Positions 39,080 through 49,349 of a stretch of 64,000 nucleotides of DNA are shown here, piece after piece. The first letter of the stretch is position 1, and each line of letters begins with the position of its first letter. Both the position numbers and the translations under genes were made by a program. The notes under the pieces were generated by a model that had not been told where the DNA came from, ran no database searches, and worked only from the letters and a program-made list of their open reading frames with translations. Origin of the DNA: Vampirovibrio sp. (lineage in GTDB: Bacteria; Cyanobacteriota; Vampirovibrionia; Vampirovibrionales; JAJTHC01); the NCBI GenBank assembly GCA_050916035.1, contig CP050876.1, positions 608,635-672,634 on the forward strand, given 5' to 3'.

Positions 39080-39151
39080 CTGGGGTAGAAGGATTCGAAC
39101 CTCCGGATGCCTGGACCAAAACCAGGTGCCTTACCGCTTGGCGATACCCCA
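39080..39151 (-). tRNA. tRNA-Gln (anticodon TTG)
   Basis: Reverse complement TGGGGTATCGCCAAGCGGTAAGGCACCTGGTTTTGGTCCAGGCATCCGGAGGTTCGAATCCTTCTACCCCAG. Near-identical in its 5' half to E. coli tRNA-Gln(UUG). Confidence 0.85.
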
Positions 39152-39330
39152 ACAACTTCTAATGTACGATGAACAGAGCGGGGAGTCAACCCAATTTCGC
39201 ATAAATCCCTTAGTCAAATGAAAGCCCATTGTAACGGATACTTGCAATTTAAATATGTTTAAGGCACACTTTTAAACTGTAAGAGTCGTTAGGCTTTCAA
39301 CATACTCAATATGATATAAGGATTTTATTC

Positions 39331-39627
39331 ATGCCAGTACCTAAGCAACGCGTTGGTAAGTCAGACAAGCGTCATCGTCGTTCCAATTGGAAGGCCTTGC
39401 CCACCGCGGTTACCTTTTGTGTGAATTGTGGTAGCCCTAAATTGACTCATGCGGTTTGTACCGTTTGTGGATTTTACAATGGCCGTATTGTTTCCCCTCG
39501 CTTTGCAAAGAAAAGTGGGTATGATCAAGTTCAGTCTCGTATGGAAGCGCCTTTAGACGGTCTTGAAGATGCTGGGGACAGCGTGATTGATGTTGCGGGA
39601 GAAGTGAAGCGCGAAGACGCTGAATAG
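39331..39627 (+). CDS. rpmF: 50S ribosomal protein L32 with an approximately 40-aa acidic C-terminal extension
   Basis: MPVPKQRVGKSDKRHRRSNW plus CVNCG...CTVCG zinc ribbon; located upstream of plsX. Confidence 0.8.
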   Translation: MPVPKQRVGKSDKRHRRSNWKALPTAVTFCVNCGSPKLTHAVCTVCGFYNGRIVSPRFAKKSGYDQVQSRMEAPLDGLEDAGDSVIDVAGEVKREDAE

Positions 39628-39664
39628 TCCTTTTTCTTGTTTTAGCCGTTTTGGTTTTTCATAA

Positions 39665-40735
39665 GTGAGGAAACGACCTATGCTTGATCGACCTGTCGTC
39701 ATTGCCTTAGATGCAATGGGTGGAGATTACGCACCTGTTGAGACGGTCAAAGGGGCTGTTCAGGGGGCGAGAATCTATGGGGTGTCTGTCGAATTGGTGG
39801 GGCATCCTGACAAAATCAAGGCAGAGCTTCAGAAGTATGATACCCAAGGTTTAGACTTACGTATTGTGGAAGCCTTGGACGAAATAGGTATGGATGAAAC
39901 ACCCGCAGTGGCCTTGCGAAAAAAGAAAAACGCCTCTATTGCGGTGACGGCCCGTCGTGTGAAAGAAGGTCATGCGGATGCGATGGTGGCCGCAGGTTCA
40001 ACAGGGGCAGCCATGGCCGCCGCCTTGTTTAATATGGGGCGCATCAAAGGCGTGGACCGTCCTGCCATTGCAGTGGCGTTGCCTTCACAGCGTACGCCTA
40101 CTTTGATGATCGATGGTGGGGCGAATATGGATTGTCCTCCTGCCTTATTGGTGCAGTTTGCTCGTTTGGGTCGTGCGTATGTGCAAGGGGTTTACGGCAT
40201 TGAAAATCCCAAAGTGGGTTTACTTAATGTGGGGTCTGAAAAAGGGAAAGGCAACGCCTTTTCTAAAGAAGCCTATGCCTTGCTGGAAGACGCGGATGAT
40301 CTAAGTTTTACAGGTAATGCCGAAGGTCGTGATTTTTTCATTAGTGATTTTGACGTCGTGGTTTGTGATGGTTTTGCAGGCAATGTGGCGATGAAATCTG
40401 CAGAAGGGATGGCGACTTTATTTGGTCGCTTAATTAAGCAAGAATTTTCCGTAAATCTTTGGACCAAGCTGGTGGCTTTATTGGCGAAACCTATTTTGCA
40501 AAAAGCCAAGCAACATATTCATCATGAATATATTGGGGGTGCCTTATTGTTGGGGGTGGATGGCATTTGTATTATTGCTCATGGGGGAAGTTCTGCACTA
40601 GCCATAGAAAATGCAATTCGTGTGGCGGTTTCAGGTGTTGAAGGTCGTGTGATGGATAAAATGAGACAAGTGTCTCTTTTGAATCGGAATGTCGTCGTGC
40701 CTAATGAAGTGCTTGAACCCACTTCGTTATCGTAG
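39665..40735 (+). CDS. plsX: Phosphate acyltransferase PlsX
   Basis: IALDAMGGDYAP motif; rpmF-plsX-fabH synteny. Confidence 0.9.
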   Translation: MRKRPMLDRPVVIALDAMGGDYAPVETVKGAVQGARIYGVSVELVGHPDKIKAELQKYDTQGLDLRIVEALDEIGMDETPAVALRKKKNASIAVTARRVKEGHADAMVAAGSTGAAMAAALFNMGRIKGVDRPAIAVALPSQRTPTLMIDGGANMDCPPALLVQFARLGRAYVQGVYGIENPKVGLLNVGSEKGKGNAFSKEAYALLEDADDLSFTGNAEGRDFFISDFDVVVCDGFAGNVAMKSAEGMATLFGRLIKQEFSVNLWTKLVALLAKPILQKAKQHIHHEYIGGALLLGVDGICIIAHGGSSALAIENAIRVAVSGVEGRVMDKMRQVSLLNRNVVVPNEVLEPTSLS

Positions 40736-40760
40736 AGAGATGTAGCGAGGATTTTAGTCG

Positions 40761-41801
40761 GTGAGGAAACAAGGGATACAATGGGGTGTTAAAGTCGTTG
40801 CGGTTGGCGCAGCGGTGCCTCCAACGGTTTTGACCAATGATGATATGTCTAAAATGGTAGACACCACGGATGAGTGGATTCAGACCCGCACGGGAATTCG
40901 TACGCGCCATGTCCTAAGTGGCAATGAAATGCTGACGGATCTTTGTATTGAAGCGTCTCGACAAGCGGTTGCGATGGCGCCTTTTGAAGGAAGCGAAATT
41001 GACTTAATTATTGTGGCTACCACCACGCCAGATGAGCGTTACCCTGCCACTGCGTCTCGCATTCAAACGGCGATTGGAGCCACAAAAGCCTTTGGCTATG
41101 ATTTGGCCTTGGCGTGTACGGGGTTTGTGGCGGCTTTTATTACGGCGGATCAATTTTTACGCTCTGGTCTGTACAAGCGGGCCTTGGTGGTGGGGGCCGA
41201 TGCTCATTCTCGTGTCATGGACTGGACAGACCGTAATACCTGTGTGTTGTTTGGAGATGCGGCGGGTGCGGTTATTTTAGAAGCGAGTGACGTGTTTGAC
41301 GGCATACTGGCTCATGACGGAAATCTCGATGGAAGCAAGGCGGATGAACTGCATGCGGATTATCAGTTGGTGAACTGTCCGATTCTTCCTCAGCCCGATC
41401 CCCGCAGTCCTTATGTGCAGATGAATGGCCGTGAAGTCTTTAAATTTGCAGTAGGCGTGGTGCCTTCTTCCATTCGTCAAACCCTTGAAAATGCCGAATC
41501 CACGCTTGAAGATATTGATGTCTTGATTCTCCATCAAGCCAATATCCGTATTATGGATGCAATGAATGAACGCTTGGGAATCCCTCGTGAAAAAATGGTC
41601 ATTAACTTAGACCGTTATGGGAATACGTCGGCTGCGTCCATTCCTTTGGCCTTGAATGAAGCGGTGCGAAGTGGGCAAGTCCAAAACGGGAGTCGTGTGA
41701 TGCTTTGTGGTTTTGGCGGCGGTCTCGCGTGGGCGTCGAGTTTCTTTGTGTGGTCTGGTCCTTCTTTCAATGGACTGGAAGAAAAAGGAGCGGTCTCATG
41801 A
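40761..41801 (+). CDS. fabH: 3-oxoacyl-ACP synthase III
   Basis: KASIII active-site region (ACTGFV) and C-terminal GFGGGL; synteny. Confidence 0.9.
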   Translation: MRKQGIQWGVKVVAVGAAVPPTVLTNDDMSKMVDTTDEWIQTRTGIRTRHVLSGNEMLTDLCIEASRQAVAMAPFEGSEIDLIIVATTTPDERYPATASRIQTAIGATKAFGYDLALACTGFVAAFITADQFLRSGLYKRALVVGADAHSRVMDWTDRNTCVLFGDAAGAVILEASDVFDGILAHDGNLDGSKADELHADYQLVNCPILPQPDPRSPYVQMNGREVFKFAVGVVPSSIRQTLENAESTLEDIDVLILHQANIRIMDAMNERLGIPREKMVINLDRYGNTSAASIPLALNEAVRSGQVQNGSRVMLCGFGGGLAWASSFFVWSGPSFNGLEEKGAVS

Positions 41802-42769
41802 TGTCTAAAGTGGCGTTTGTATTTCCAGGACAAGGTTCTCAGTACTTGGGGATGGGAGAGGACCTTTATCAACACTTGCCTGAAGCTAAGGCTTTGTTGG
41901 ATCAGGTCAATGCTTTGGTGACTCCCAATGAAGCGGGACAATCTTTATTAGAATTGATGTTTACAGGGCCTGCGGAAGAATTGAACCGTACTATTTATAC
42001 GCAACCTGCTATTTTGGCCGTGTCCTTGGCTTGTTTCTTCGCGTTTCAGGCGCAAGTGTCGCTTCAGCCTGTTGCGGTAGCAGGTCATAGCTTGGGTGAA
42101 TTTTCAGCCTTGGTGGCGTCTAAGGTGTTGACGCTCGCTGAAGTGGTACCGACGGTCGAGCAACGGGCCCGGTTGATGGAATCCGCGCCTCAAGGGACGA
42201 TGGCTGCGGTGTTGGGGCTGTCGGCTTTAGAGGTTCAAACGGTGTTGTCGACTTTGCCTACCTCAGCAGACGCGTGGGCCGTTGTGGCCAATGATAATTC
42301 GCCTGCTCAGGTGGTGATTTCAGGCACGGAAGCGGGGCTTGCCCTTGCGATGCCTGCGTTGAAAACGGCAAAAGCCAAGCGAGTTTTACCTTTACCTGTG
42401 GGAGGAGCCTTCCATTCTCCTTTAATGAAGGGGCCTGCTCAAGCCTTTGCCACGGTTTTAGAAACTTTGGCTTTTCAGTCGGCTCAGGTTCCGGTGATTA
42501 GTAATGTGGATGCAGCGCTTCGACAAGAGGCGACGGCTTTGGCAGAAGCGTCTCAGGCCCAAATGTCGTCCCCCGTTCAATGGACAAAAACGATGCGTCA
42601 GTTGGTTGAAACTTGCAAGGTGGATGCCATCATTGAGTTTGGGCCAGGGAAGGTGTTGTCTGGATTGATGAAAAAGACCTATCCAGATGTTTTGGTATAC
42701 AATATATATGATTTAAATTCGCTCGCCGAAGTGGTGCATGTTTTTCAGGCGTGCCCTGCCAATGTTTAA
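41798..42769 (+). CDS. fabD: Malonyl CoA-ACP transacylase
   Basis: FVFPGQGSQYLGMG and GHSLGE motifs. ATGA overlap with fabH. Confidence 0.9.
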   Translation: MMSKVAFVFPGQGSQYLGMGEDLYQHLPEAKALLDQVNALVTPNEAGQSLLELMFTGPAEELNRTIYTQPAILAVSLACFFAFQAQVSLQPVAVAGHSLGEFSALVASKVLTLAEVVPTVEQRARLMESAPQGTMAAVLGLSALEVQTVLSTLPTSADAWAVVANDNSPAQVVISGTEAGLALAMPALKTAKAKRVLPLPVGGAFHSPLMKGPAQAFATVLETLAFQSAQVPVISNVDAALRQEATALAEASQAQMSSPVQWTKTMRQLVETCKVDAIIEFGPGKVLSGLMKKTYPDVLVYNIYDLNSLAEVVHVFQACPANV

Positions 42770-42782
42770 AAAGGAATGAAGG

Positions 42783-43520
42783 ATGACAGAGTCTAAAAAA
42801 GTAGTTTTAATTACGGGCGGTAGTCGTGGTATTGGCAAGGCTTGTGTGGAATTGACGGCACGATCAGGCTTTGATGTCGCGTTTAGCTATTATTCGAGTC
42901 AAGAAAAGGCGCAAGCGATTGTTGAAGCCTTGACGACTGAAACAGGCCGTCGTGTTAAGGCGTATGCGTCGGATGCTGGAGATACGAAGGCCTGTCAAGC
43001 GCTGGTGGATGCCGTAGTCGCTGATTTTGGATCTTTAGACGTCTTGGTGAACAATGCAGGGATTACTCGCGATACGCTCATGATTCGGATGAAAGATGAA
43101 GATTGGGATGCCGTCTTACAAACCAATTTAACGGGTGTTTTTCACACCACGCGTGCAGCGGGGAAAGTGATGATGAAGCAACGCCAAGGCTGTATTATCA
43201 ATATATCCAGTGTGGTGGGTGTGTATGGGAATGCAGGTCAAGTCAATTATGCCTCGGCAAAAGCGGGTGTGATTGGCCTTACCAAAACGGTTGCCAAAGA
43301 ATTAGGGGCCCGTGGTGTGACTTGTAATGCGATTGCTCCTGGTTTTATTGAAACGGATATGACAGGCGACTTGCCTCATAAGGAACAACTGCTCAATGCG
43401 GTTCCCTTAAAGCGTTTTGGTCGACCTGAAGATATTGCAGAAACGGTTTTATTTTTGGCCACAAAGGGAGCCTATATCACCGGTCAAGTCATTGGTGTGG
43501 ATGGTGGGCTTGTATTTTAA
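42783..43520 (+). CDS. fabG: 3-oxoacyl-ACP reductase (SDR family)
   Basis: TGGSRGIG Rossmann motif and YASAK catalytic motif; synteny. Confidence 0.9.
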   Translation: MTESKKVVLITGGSRGIGKACVELTARSGFDVAFSYYSSQEKAQAIVEALTTETGRRVKAYASDAGDTKACQALVDAVVADFGSLDVLVNNAGITRDTLMIRMKDEDWDAVLQTNLTGVFHTTRAAGKVMMKQRQGCIINISSVVGVYGNAGQVNYASAKAGVIGLTKTVAKELGARGVTCNAIAPGFIETDMTGDLPHKEQLLNAVPLKRFGRPEDIAETVLFLATKGAYITGQVIGVDGGLVF

Positions 43521-43583
43521 GCTTTTTTAGTCATTATAGTAAGTGGGCAGGTGCCCTTAATTTAATTGGAGAATGAAAAATTT

Positions 43584-43817
43584 ATGTCTAGCATAATGGA
43601 ACGTGTCAAAAAAGTCGTGATTGAACAGTTGAATGTAGAAGAAGATCAAATTAGACCTGAAGCGAGTTTTCAGCAAGATTTAGGTGCGGATTCTTTGGAT
43701 ACCGTTGAATTGGTCATGGCTTTGGAAGAAGAATTCGGTTGTGAAATTCCTGATGAAGATGCTGAAAAAATTACGACCATTCAAGATGCCGTGAATTATG
43801 TGGAACGTAATCAATAA
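43584..43817 (+). CDS. acpP: Acyl carrier protein
   Basis: [17 protein letters not shown] phosphopantetheine attachment site. Confidence 0.95.
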   Translation: MSSIMERVKKVVIEQLNVEEDQIRPEASFQQDLGADSLDTVELVMALEEEFGCEIPDEDAEKITTIQDAVNYVERNQ

Positions 43818-43899
43818 GTATCATTACTATTGAAGAGGTAGTTCTTTTTGAATTACCTCAACTCTTTTTACGTCATAATTAAACGAGAGTGAGTTTTGG

Positions 43900-45150
43900 A
43901 TGATGACTTTAAAACGCGTTGTGGTAACAGGTATGGGCAGTGTTTCTCCTATGGGGAAGAACAATGCGGAACTGTGGACAAATGTAGAAGCGGGGCGTAG
44001 TGGCATTCGCTTTATTGAAGTCATTCCTGAAGGACGGCGGACTTGCCGAGTCGCGGGGGAAATTGTTGATTTTGATCCAGAAACTTACATCGACAAGAAA
44101 AAAGCACGTCGTATGGACCGCTTCACTCAGCTGGGTTTAACCGCTGCCTTGCAAGCGTATGAAGATTCAGGCATTGAAGGCCATGTGGAAAAGCACCGTA
44201 TGGGTGTGGTCGTGGGCACGGGTTCGGGTGGTTTAATTACCATGGAAGAAACCGTGATTGCGAGCCTTGAAAAAGGGTATCATCGGACTTCTCCGTTTTT
44301 AGTGCCGATGATGATTCCTGACATGGCTTGTGGGCGTATTTCTATTGAACTGGGTATTACCGGTCCTAACTTTGCTTTGGTGACGGCCTGTGCCACGGGC
44401 ACCGATTGTATTGGGCAAGCAGTAAAAATGATTCAAACCGGTGAATGTGACGCGGTGGTGGCAGGGGGTGCGGAAGCACCGATTACGGCGGTTGCTGTGG
44501 CGGGCTTTAATAATATGAAGGCTTTAACAGGCCGTAATGATGATCCTCAGCGGGCGAGCCGTCCCTTTGACAAGGACCGTGATGGCTTTGTGATTTCCGA
44601 AGGCGCCGGCATTTTAATTCTAGAAGATTATGAAATTGCCAAAGCCCGTGGGGCTAAAATTTACGCAGAAATTGTGGGCTATGGTCGCTCTTCGGATGCA
44701 TTTGATATTGTGATGCCTCATAGCGAAGGCTTGGGGGCCTCTCGTGCGATGGTCGCGGCCTTGCGCTCAGCGGAGCTGGAGCCTGAACAACTCAACTATA
44801 TTAACGCCCACGGCACCTCGACGCCTTTGGGAGACGTTGCGGAAACGATTGCCATTAAACGCGTGTTTGGGGATTATGCTAAAAATGGCTTATTGGTGTC
44901 TTCCACCAAGAGTATGCATGGTCACATGTTAGGGGCGACAGGGGCCATTGAAGCGATTATTTGTATTCAAGCCTTGTTGCATCAAACCGTTCCGCCTACC
45001 ATTAATTTGGATAATCCCGATGAGGCTTGTGATTTGGATTATGTGCCTCACACGGCGCGTCAGGTGAATGACTTCAACTATGCCATGTCCAACTCCTTTG
45101 GCTTTGGGGGGCATAACAGCTCTTTAATCCTCAAGCGTTTTCAAGACTAA
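43900..45150 (+). CDS. fabF: 3-oxoacyl-ACP synthase II
   Basis: KASII-like with active-site Cys region (ACATG) and C-terminal NSFGFGGHN. Confidence 0.9.
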   Translation: MMTLKRVVVTGMGSVSPMGKNNAELWTNVEAGRSGIRFIEVIPEGRRTCRVAGEIVDFDPETYIDKKKARRMDRFTQLGLTAALQAYEDSGIEGHVEKHRMGVVVGTGSGGLITMEETVIASLEKGYHRTSPFLVPMMIPDMACGRISIELGITGPNFALVTACATGTDCIGQAVKMIQTGECDAVVAGGAEAPITAVAVAGFNNMKALTGRNDDPQRASRPFDKDRDGFVISEGAGILILEDYEIAKARGAKIYAEIVGYGRSSDAFDIVMPHSEGLGASRAMVAALRSAELEPEQLNYINAHGTSTPLGDVAETIAIKRVFGDYAKNGLLVSSTKSMHGHMLGATGAIEAIICIQALLHQTVPPTINLDNPDEACDLDYVPHTARQVNDFNYAMSNSFGFGGHNSSLILKRFQD

Positions 45151-45213
45151 ACTTAGGTCTCACAAATTTTAAAGGATTAACTGTCTTTAAATCAGTTCAT
45201 TAAGGAGTCGCTC

Positions 45214-46266
45214 GTGTCTTTCAATATCAGGACTCTTTTTTCATCTAAGGTTTTGCTTAGTGGGTTTCTTTTATGTAGTTTAGGACTTCAAGCACTTTCT
45301 CTTACTGCTCAAGCGGGAGAGAAGAGCTGCCAAGATGGTTATTTTTCACTTGATCCAGCACCTATAGTCAATCAAACTCAAACATGGGATAGTATAGGCA
45401 CTATAGACATTAAAACGTTGCCGATGATCAATAAGCCACCTCTTGAAAAAAACAGTGTGTCAAAATTTTTAGAGTATTATCACGACGTACGCTTTACCCC
45501 TGATCCCATTCTTTTTGACTTCACTGGTCATGTAACACAATATGGTGATAACAGACATACGCCGAATCTATCAATAAAAATTACCAATGATGAAGAGTAT
45601 AAAAAATACGTAGCACGACTTCGTAAAAAAACGGGAGCAGGTCAACGCTTTAAAAATGGGATGAAGACATTTGGAACATCGCTTGTAAGCGTACCTTACA
45701 GCTTAAACATATTAATCGGTAGTATTAAGTCTTTTGGAATTGCCGCACCATTAATGGTAGCACCATTGATAGTACAAGGGTTGTGGACGGATGGCTGGGA
45801 ACGTAAATATATATTAAATCGAAATACAGAACTGCTACGTTGTTTAGAACCACCCCAAGCGGCGGCAGATATTTTACCTCGTTTACAAAAAGTGAATGTT
45901 TTACAACAAGACTACTCAGACTTTTTAAAAAATAAACGTTTATCTACGTATCATGTCTTGCCTTGGATCCCAAGTATCGAAAGTGATGGACAAAAATCCT
46001 ATAGTTCTGATGGAATACTACGTTTTGAATTACCCCTGAAAAAAGCAATACCCCTGCAAGCCTTTGAAGAGTTGGTCGCCAAAGAATTCACACGTAGTCC
46101 CAAAAATACGTTTTATGCTTTTCCTAAGAAGGGAACGTATCCTACAAACTTACCAATGCCCTCTCTTTTGGGTCAAGACTATATAACGACCTGTACACTG
46201 ATCATCAATAAAAATTTCAACTCTTTTGACTTGGTTTGTTATGGCGACAAACACCGTAATGAGTAA
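45214..46266 (+). CDS. Hypothetical secreted protein encoded in a locally AT-rich segment
   Basis: 350 aa; signal peptide. Composition differs from its neighbours. No family recognised. Confidence 0.55.
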   Translation: MSFNIRTLFSSKVLLSGFLLCSLGLQALSLTAQAGEKSCQDGYFSLDPAPIVNQTQTWDSIGTIDIKTLPMINKPPLEKNSVSKFLEYYHDVRFTPDPILFDFTGHVTQYGDNRHTPNLSIKITNDEEYKKYVARLRKKTGAGQRFKNGMKTFGTSLVSVPYSLNILIGSIKSFGIAAPLMVAPLIVQGLWTDGWERKYILNRNTELLRCLEPPQAAADILPRLQKVNVLQQDYSDFLKNKRLSTYHVLPWIPSIESDGQKSYSSDGILRFELPLKKAIPLQAFEELVAKEFTRSPKNTFYAFPKKGTYPTNLPMPSLLGQDYITTCTLIINKNFNSFDLVCYGDKHRNE

Positions 46267-46368
46267 AGCAAGCTGAAAAAGATGAGGCTTCTGTGTTCTA
46301 AGGTTCTTTGTGCTATACTTTGGCTTTAGCGTGTGGATGAGTCTTAAAAAGTAGGCAAAGGGTTTCTT

Positions 46369-49248
46369 ATGGCTTTGGATACCAATACTCTTGAACCATG
46401 CGCAGGCCCCAAAATATCTTCATGGGTCGCGGCGGACTGTATTGAAATTCGTGGGGCGGCGGAACATAACCTTAAGCATTTAAATGTGAATATTCCCCTG
46501 CATCAACTCACCGTTATTACAGGGCCTTCAGGCTGTGGGAAGTCGTCTTTGGCGTTTGACACGCTCTATGCTGAAGGGAAACGGCGCTTTATGGAGTCTT
46601 TGTCGGCGTACGCGCGACAATTTTTAGAACAAGCGCAAAAGGCCAAAGTCGAAGAACTTCGCCATATTCCCCCTGCCGTGGGGCTGAATCAACATAATGC
46701 CGTGACCAATGCCCGTGCCACGGTGGGAGCGAATATCGAAGCGGTGGACGCCTTGGCCCAGCTTTTTTATGAGCGGGGTGAAAAAACGTGTCCTCATTGC
46801 CAGTCCTCTCGACTCGTGCAAGACGTGGCGCGTCAGGTGCCTTTCTTTTTATGTGAAACGCTATCGCCGTCTACGGCGGTGTATTTGAGTTTACAGGTGC
46901 CTAAAAAAATGTTGAAACAGCTCTATGCCTTGCTCTTTGGCTTGGGCTTAGACCGTATTTTAGACCGCGAATTAAAGCCTCACTTACTGACTGAAGCCTT
47001 ACCCACGTGGAAGACCGCTTGGGTGCATGACGGACAGACGGTCTGCTTTTTATTGGATCGTTTTAAGTATAAGGGAGTCTTGGATGACCCTTTAGTGCAA
47101 CGTTTTCAGGAGGTATTGAATCGGGTACAGGCCAGTTTGGATCGTTTGGGGCGAGAAGAAGGGCTGCAATGGGTGGCTCATCTTCAGGAAGGCGATTCCA
47201 TTACACGGCAGATTTTACCGACGACGACGGCATGTTTTGATTGTGGTGAAGCCCTTCCTTTGTGGACGCCGCATCATTTTCACTACATGCATCCGCAGGG
47301 GGCGTGTACGACTTGTGAAGGCTATGGCCGTGTGATGGGATTGGATGAAAGTCGTATCATCCCTAATCCGCAGGAAACGTTGGCCAATGGTGCCATTCAT
47401 GCGTTTCAAACCCCTACGTACCAACCGTTACAAGCGACTTTGGAAAGTGAGGCCCTTCGTCATGGGATTCCTCTGCATAGTCCTTATCAGGCCTTAAAAG
47501 AAGCGGATCAAACCCGTATTTGGGAAGGCTTTGGTGCCTTTGTGGGGATTCGTCCTTTTTTTGCCTACTTGCAAGACAAGCGTTACAAAATGCATGTGCG
47601 TATGCACTTGGCCAAGTATCGCGGGTATTTTGAATGTCAGGCCTGTGGGGGGACTCGTTTGATTCCCTTGGCGCGTCATAGTACGCTTTTGGGGATGTCT
47701 TATGAAGATTGTTTACAGACGCCTATTCATGTCTTGAAACCGCTTTGGCTTGAGGCTCAAGGGTTTGTGAGTTCAGAAGAATGGTCCAAACGTAGTCAGG
47801 ATGCGTGGGAGTCTTTGCTTCAACGTTTAAACTGGTTGGAGGCTGTGGGCTTGGGCTATTTACCCTTGTTACGTCCCTTACGAAGCTTGTCTTCAGGGGA
47901 GGCTCATCGCTTACAGTTGATTGCGTCAATTGGCAGTGAACTGACGGAAACCTTGTATGTGTTGGATGAACCGACGGTGGGTCTGCATCCTCGAGATACT
48001 CTGCAATTGATGAATGTGCTCCATCAATTGAAAAATTTAGGCAATACGGTGGTATTGGTTGAACATGACCCTGATGTAATGAAGCAGGCGGATCTCATTA
48101 TTGATATGGGACCCCATAGTGGTAGACAAGGGGGAGAGATTCTTTTTCAAGGCTCTTATAAGGGATTGTTGCGCGCTCAGACGAAAACGGCTGTAGGCCT
48201 TTTAAGTCCGCAGGGTTTAAAGCCCGCTCAAGAGGCTCCACCTACTGCATGGGTGACGATTTATGGGGCGACTGGTTATAATCTTAAAAATGTGACGGTT
48301 CGTTTCCCGTTGGAGCGTTTGTCTTGTGTCACGGGGGTCAGTGGTGCGGGAAAATCTAGCTTAGTGGTGCAAACTTTATATGGTGAAGTCTTAAAGCGAA
48401 AAGGAGAACTCCCCCCTTTTGAGGCCTTACCTTGTGTGGGGATTGAAGGGCTAGACCAGTTTTCAGGCGGAGTGCTGTGGGTGGATCAATCCTTGCCGTC
48501 TCGCTCATCGCGTTCTAATCCCGCCACCGTGGTGAAAGCGTATGATGAAATTCGTAAACTTTTTTCGGAATCGCTGACGGCCAAGGCGTTAGGTTTAACC
48601 GCGGGACATTTTTCATTTAACAGTAAAGGCGGACGCTGTGAAACGTGTGAAGGCTTAGGGGAAGTCACCATTGACATGCAATTTATGGCGAATGTGACCA
48701 TGCCTTGTAGTGATTGTCACGGCAAGCGCTTTCAAGACCATGTCTTGTCCATTCACTTATTTGGCCGTACGATTTATGATGTTTTATGTATGACGGTTGA
48801 AGAAGCCAGTCAATTTTTCAAAACCGCGCCTAAAATCAGAACGCGTTTACAATGTTTATTGGATTTGGGCTTGGGCTATCTCCCCATGGGACAGTCGACG
48901 GCAACGCTTTCAGGGGGCGAAGCCCAGCGTCTAAAATTGGCCCCTTATTTACCCGTGACACACAAAGCGACCAGTAAGCCTAGCCTCTTTTTGTTTGATG
49001 AACCGACGAGAGGCCTGCATGTGACGGATGTGCCTATCCTGGTTCAAGCCTTAGAACGCTTGGTGAAAGTGGGGCATACGGTGATTGTGATTGAACATCA
49101 TTTAGGGTTTATCACCCAAGCGGCGGACTGGATTGTAGATATGGGGCCAGAAGCGGATCGTGAAGGGGGGCAAGTGGTTTATGAAGGACCGCTGTCTGAT
49201 TTCCTCCGTGCGAAGGGAAGTATCACAGCATCTTATTTAGGGGTTTGA
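46369..49248 (+). CDS. UvrA-family ABC ATPase (excinuclease ABC subunit A-like), divergent
   Basis: Two ABC modules (Walker A GPSGCGKSS and GVSGAGKSS; signature LSGGE twice) and zinc-finger Cys pairs. Some usually invariant UvrA blocks have diverged. Confidence 0.75.
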   Translation: MALDTNTLEPCAGPKISSWVAADCIEIRGAAEHNLKHLNVNIPLHQLTVITGPSGCGKSSLAFDTLYAEGKRRFMESLSAYARQFLEQAQKAKVEELRHIPPAVGLNQHNAVTNARATVGANIEAVDALAQLFYERGEKTCPHCQSSRLVQDVARQVPFFLCETLSPSTAVYLSLQVPKKMLKQLYALLFGLGLDRILDRELKPHLLTEALPTWKTAWVHDGQTVCFLLDRFKYKGVLDDPLVQRFQEVLNRVQASLDRLGREEGLQWVAHLQEGDSITRQILPTTTACFDCGEALPLWTPHHFHYMHPQGACTTCEGYGRVMGLDESRIIPNPQETLANGAIHAFQTPTYQPLQATLESEALRHGIPLHSPYQALKEADQTRIWEGFGAFVGIRPFFAYLQDKRYKMHVRMHLAKYRGYFECQACGGTRLIPLARHSTLLGMSYEDCLQTPIHVLKPLWLEAQGFVSSEEWSKRSQDAWESLLQRLNWLEAVGLGYLPLLRPLRSLSSGEAHRLQLIASIGSELTETLYVLDEPTVGLHPRDTLQLMNVLHQLKNLGNTVVLVEHDPDVMKQADLIIDMGPHSGRQGGEILFQGSYKGLLRAQTKTAVGLLSPQGLKPAQEAPPTAWVTIYGATGYNLKNVTVRFPLERLSCVTGVSGAGKSSLVVQTLYGEVLKRKGELPPFEALPCVGIEGLDQFSGGVLWVDQSLPSRSSRSNPATVVKAYDEIRKLFSESLTAKALGLTAGHFSFNSKGGRCETCEGLGEVTIDMQFMANVTMPCSDCHGKRFQDHVLSIHLFGRTIYDVLCMTVEEASQFFKTAPKIRTRLQCLLDLGLGYLPMGQSTATLSGGEAQRLKLAPYLPVTHKATSKPSLFLFDEPTRGLHVTDVPILVQALERLVKVGHTVIVIEHHLGFITQAADWIVDMGPEADREGGQVVYEGPLSDFLRAKGSITASYLGV

Positions 49249-49349
49249 AACTACTTGAATTGGGACAGGCTTGGCAAGGCTTTTCAAATTTGTTAGACTG
49301 ACAAAGTGAATCGGTGTGGAGAGAAAACAGTCCCGATAAGGGGCTCTAA

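Noticed and set aside
36458-39151. Classical integrase-mediated genomic island at tRNA-Ser or tRNA-Gln
   Set aside because: No integrase or recombinase gene and no obvious direct repeat of a tRNA 3' end were found. Only tRNA flanking and atypical content support foreign origin, so this is reported as an islet rather than a defined island.
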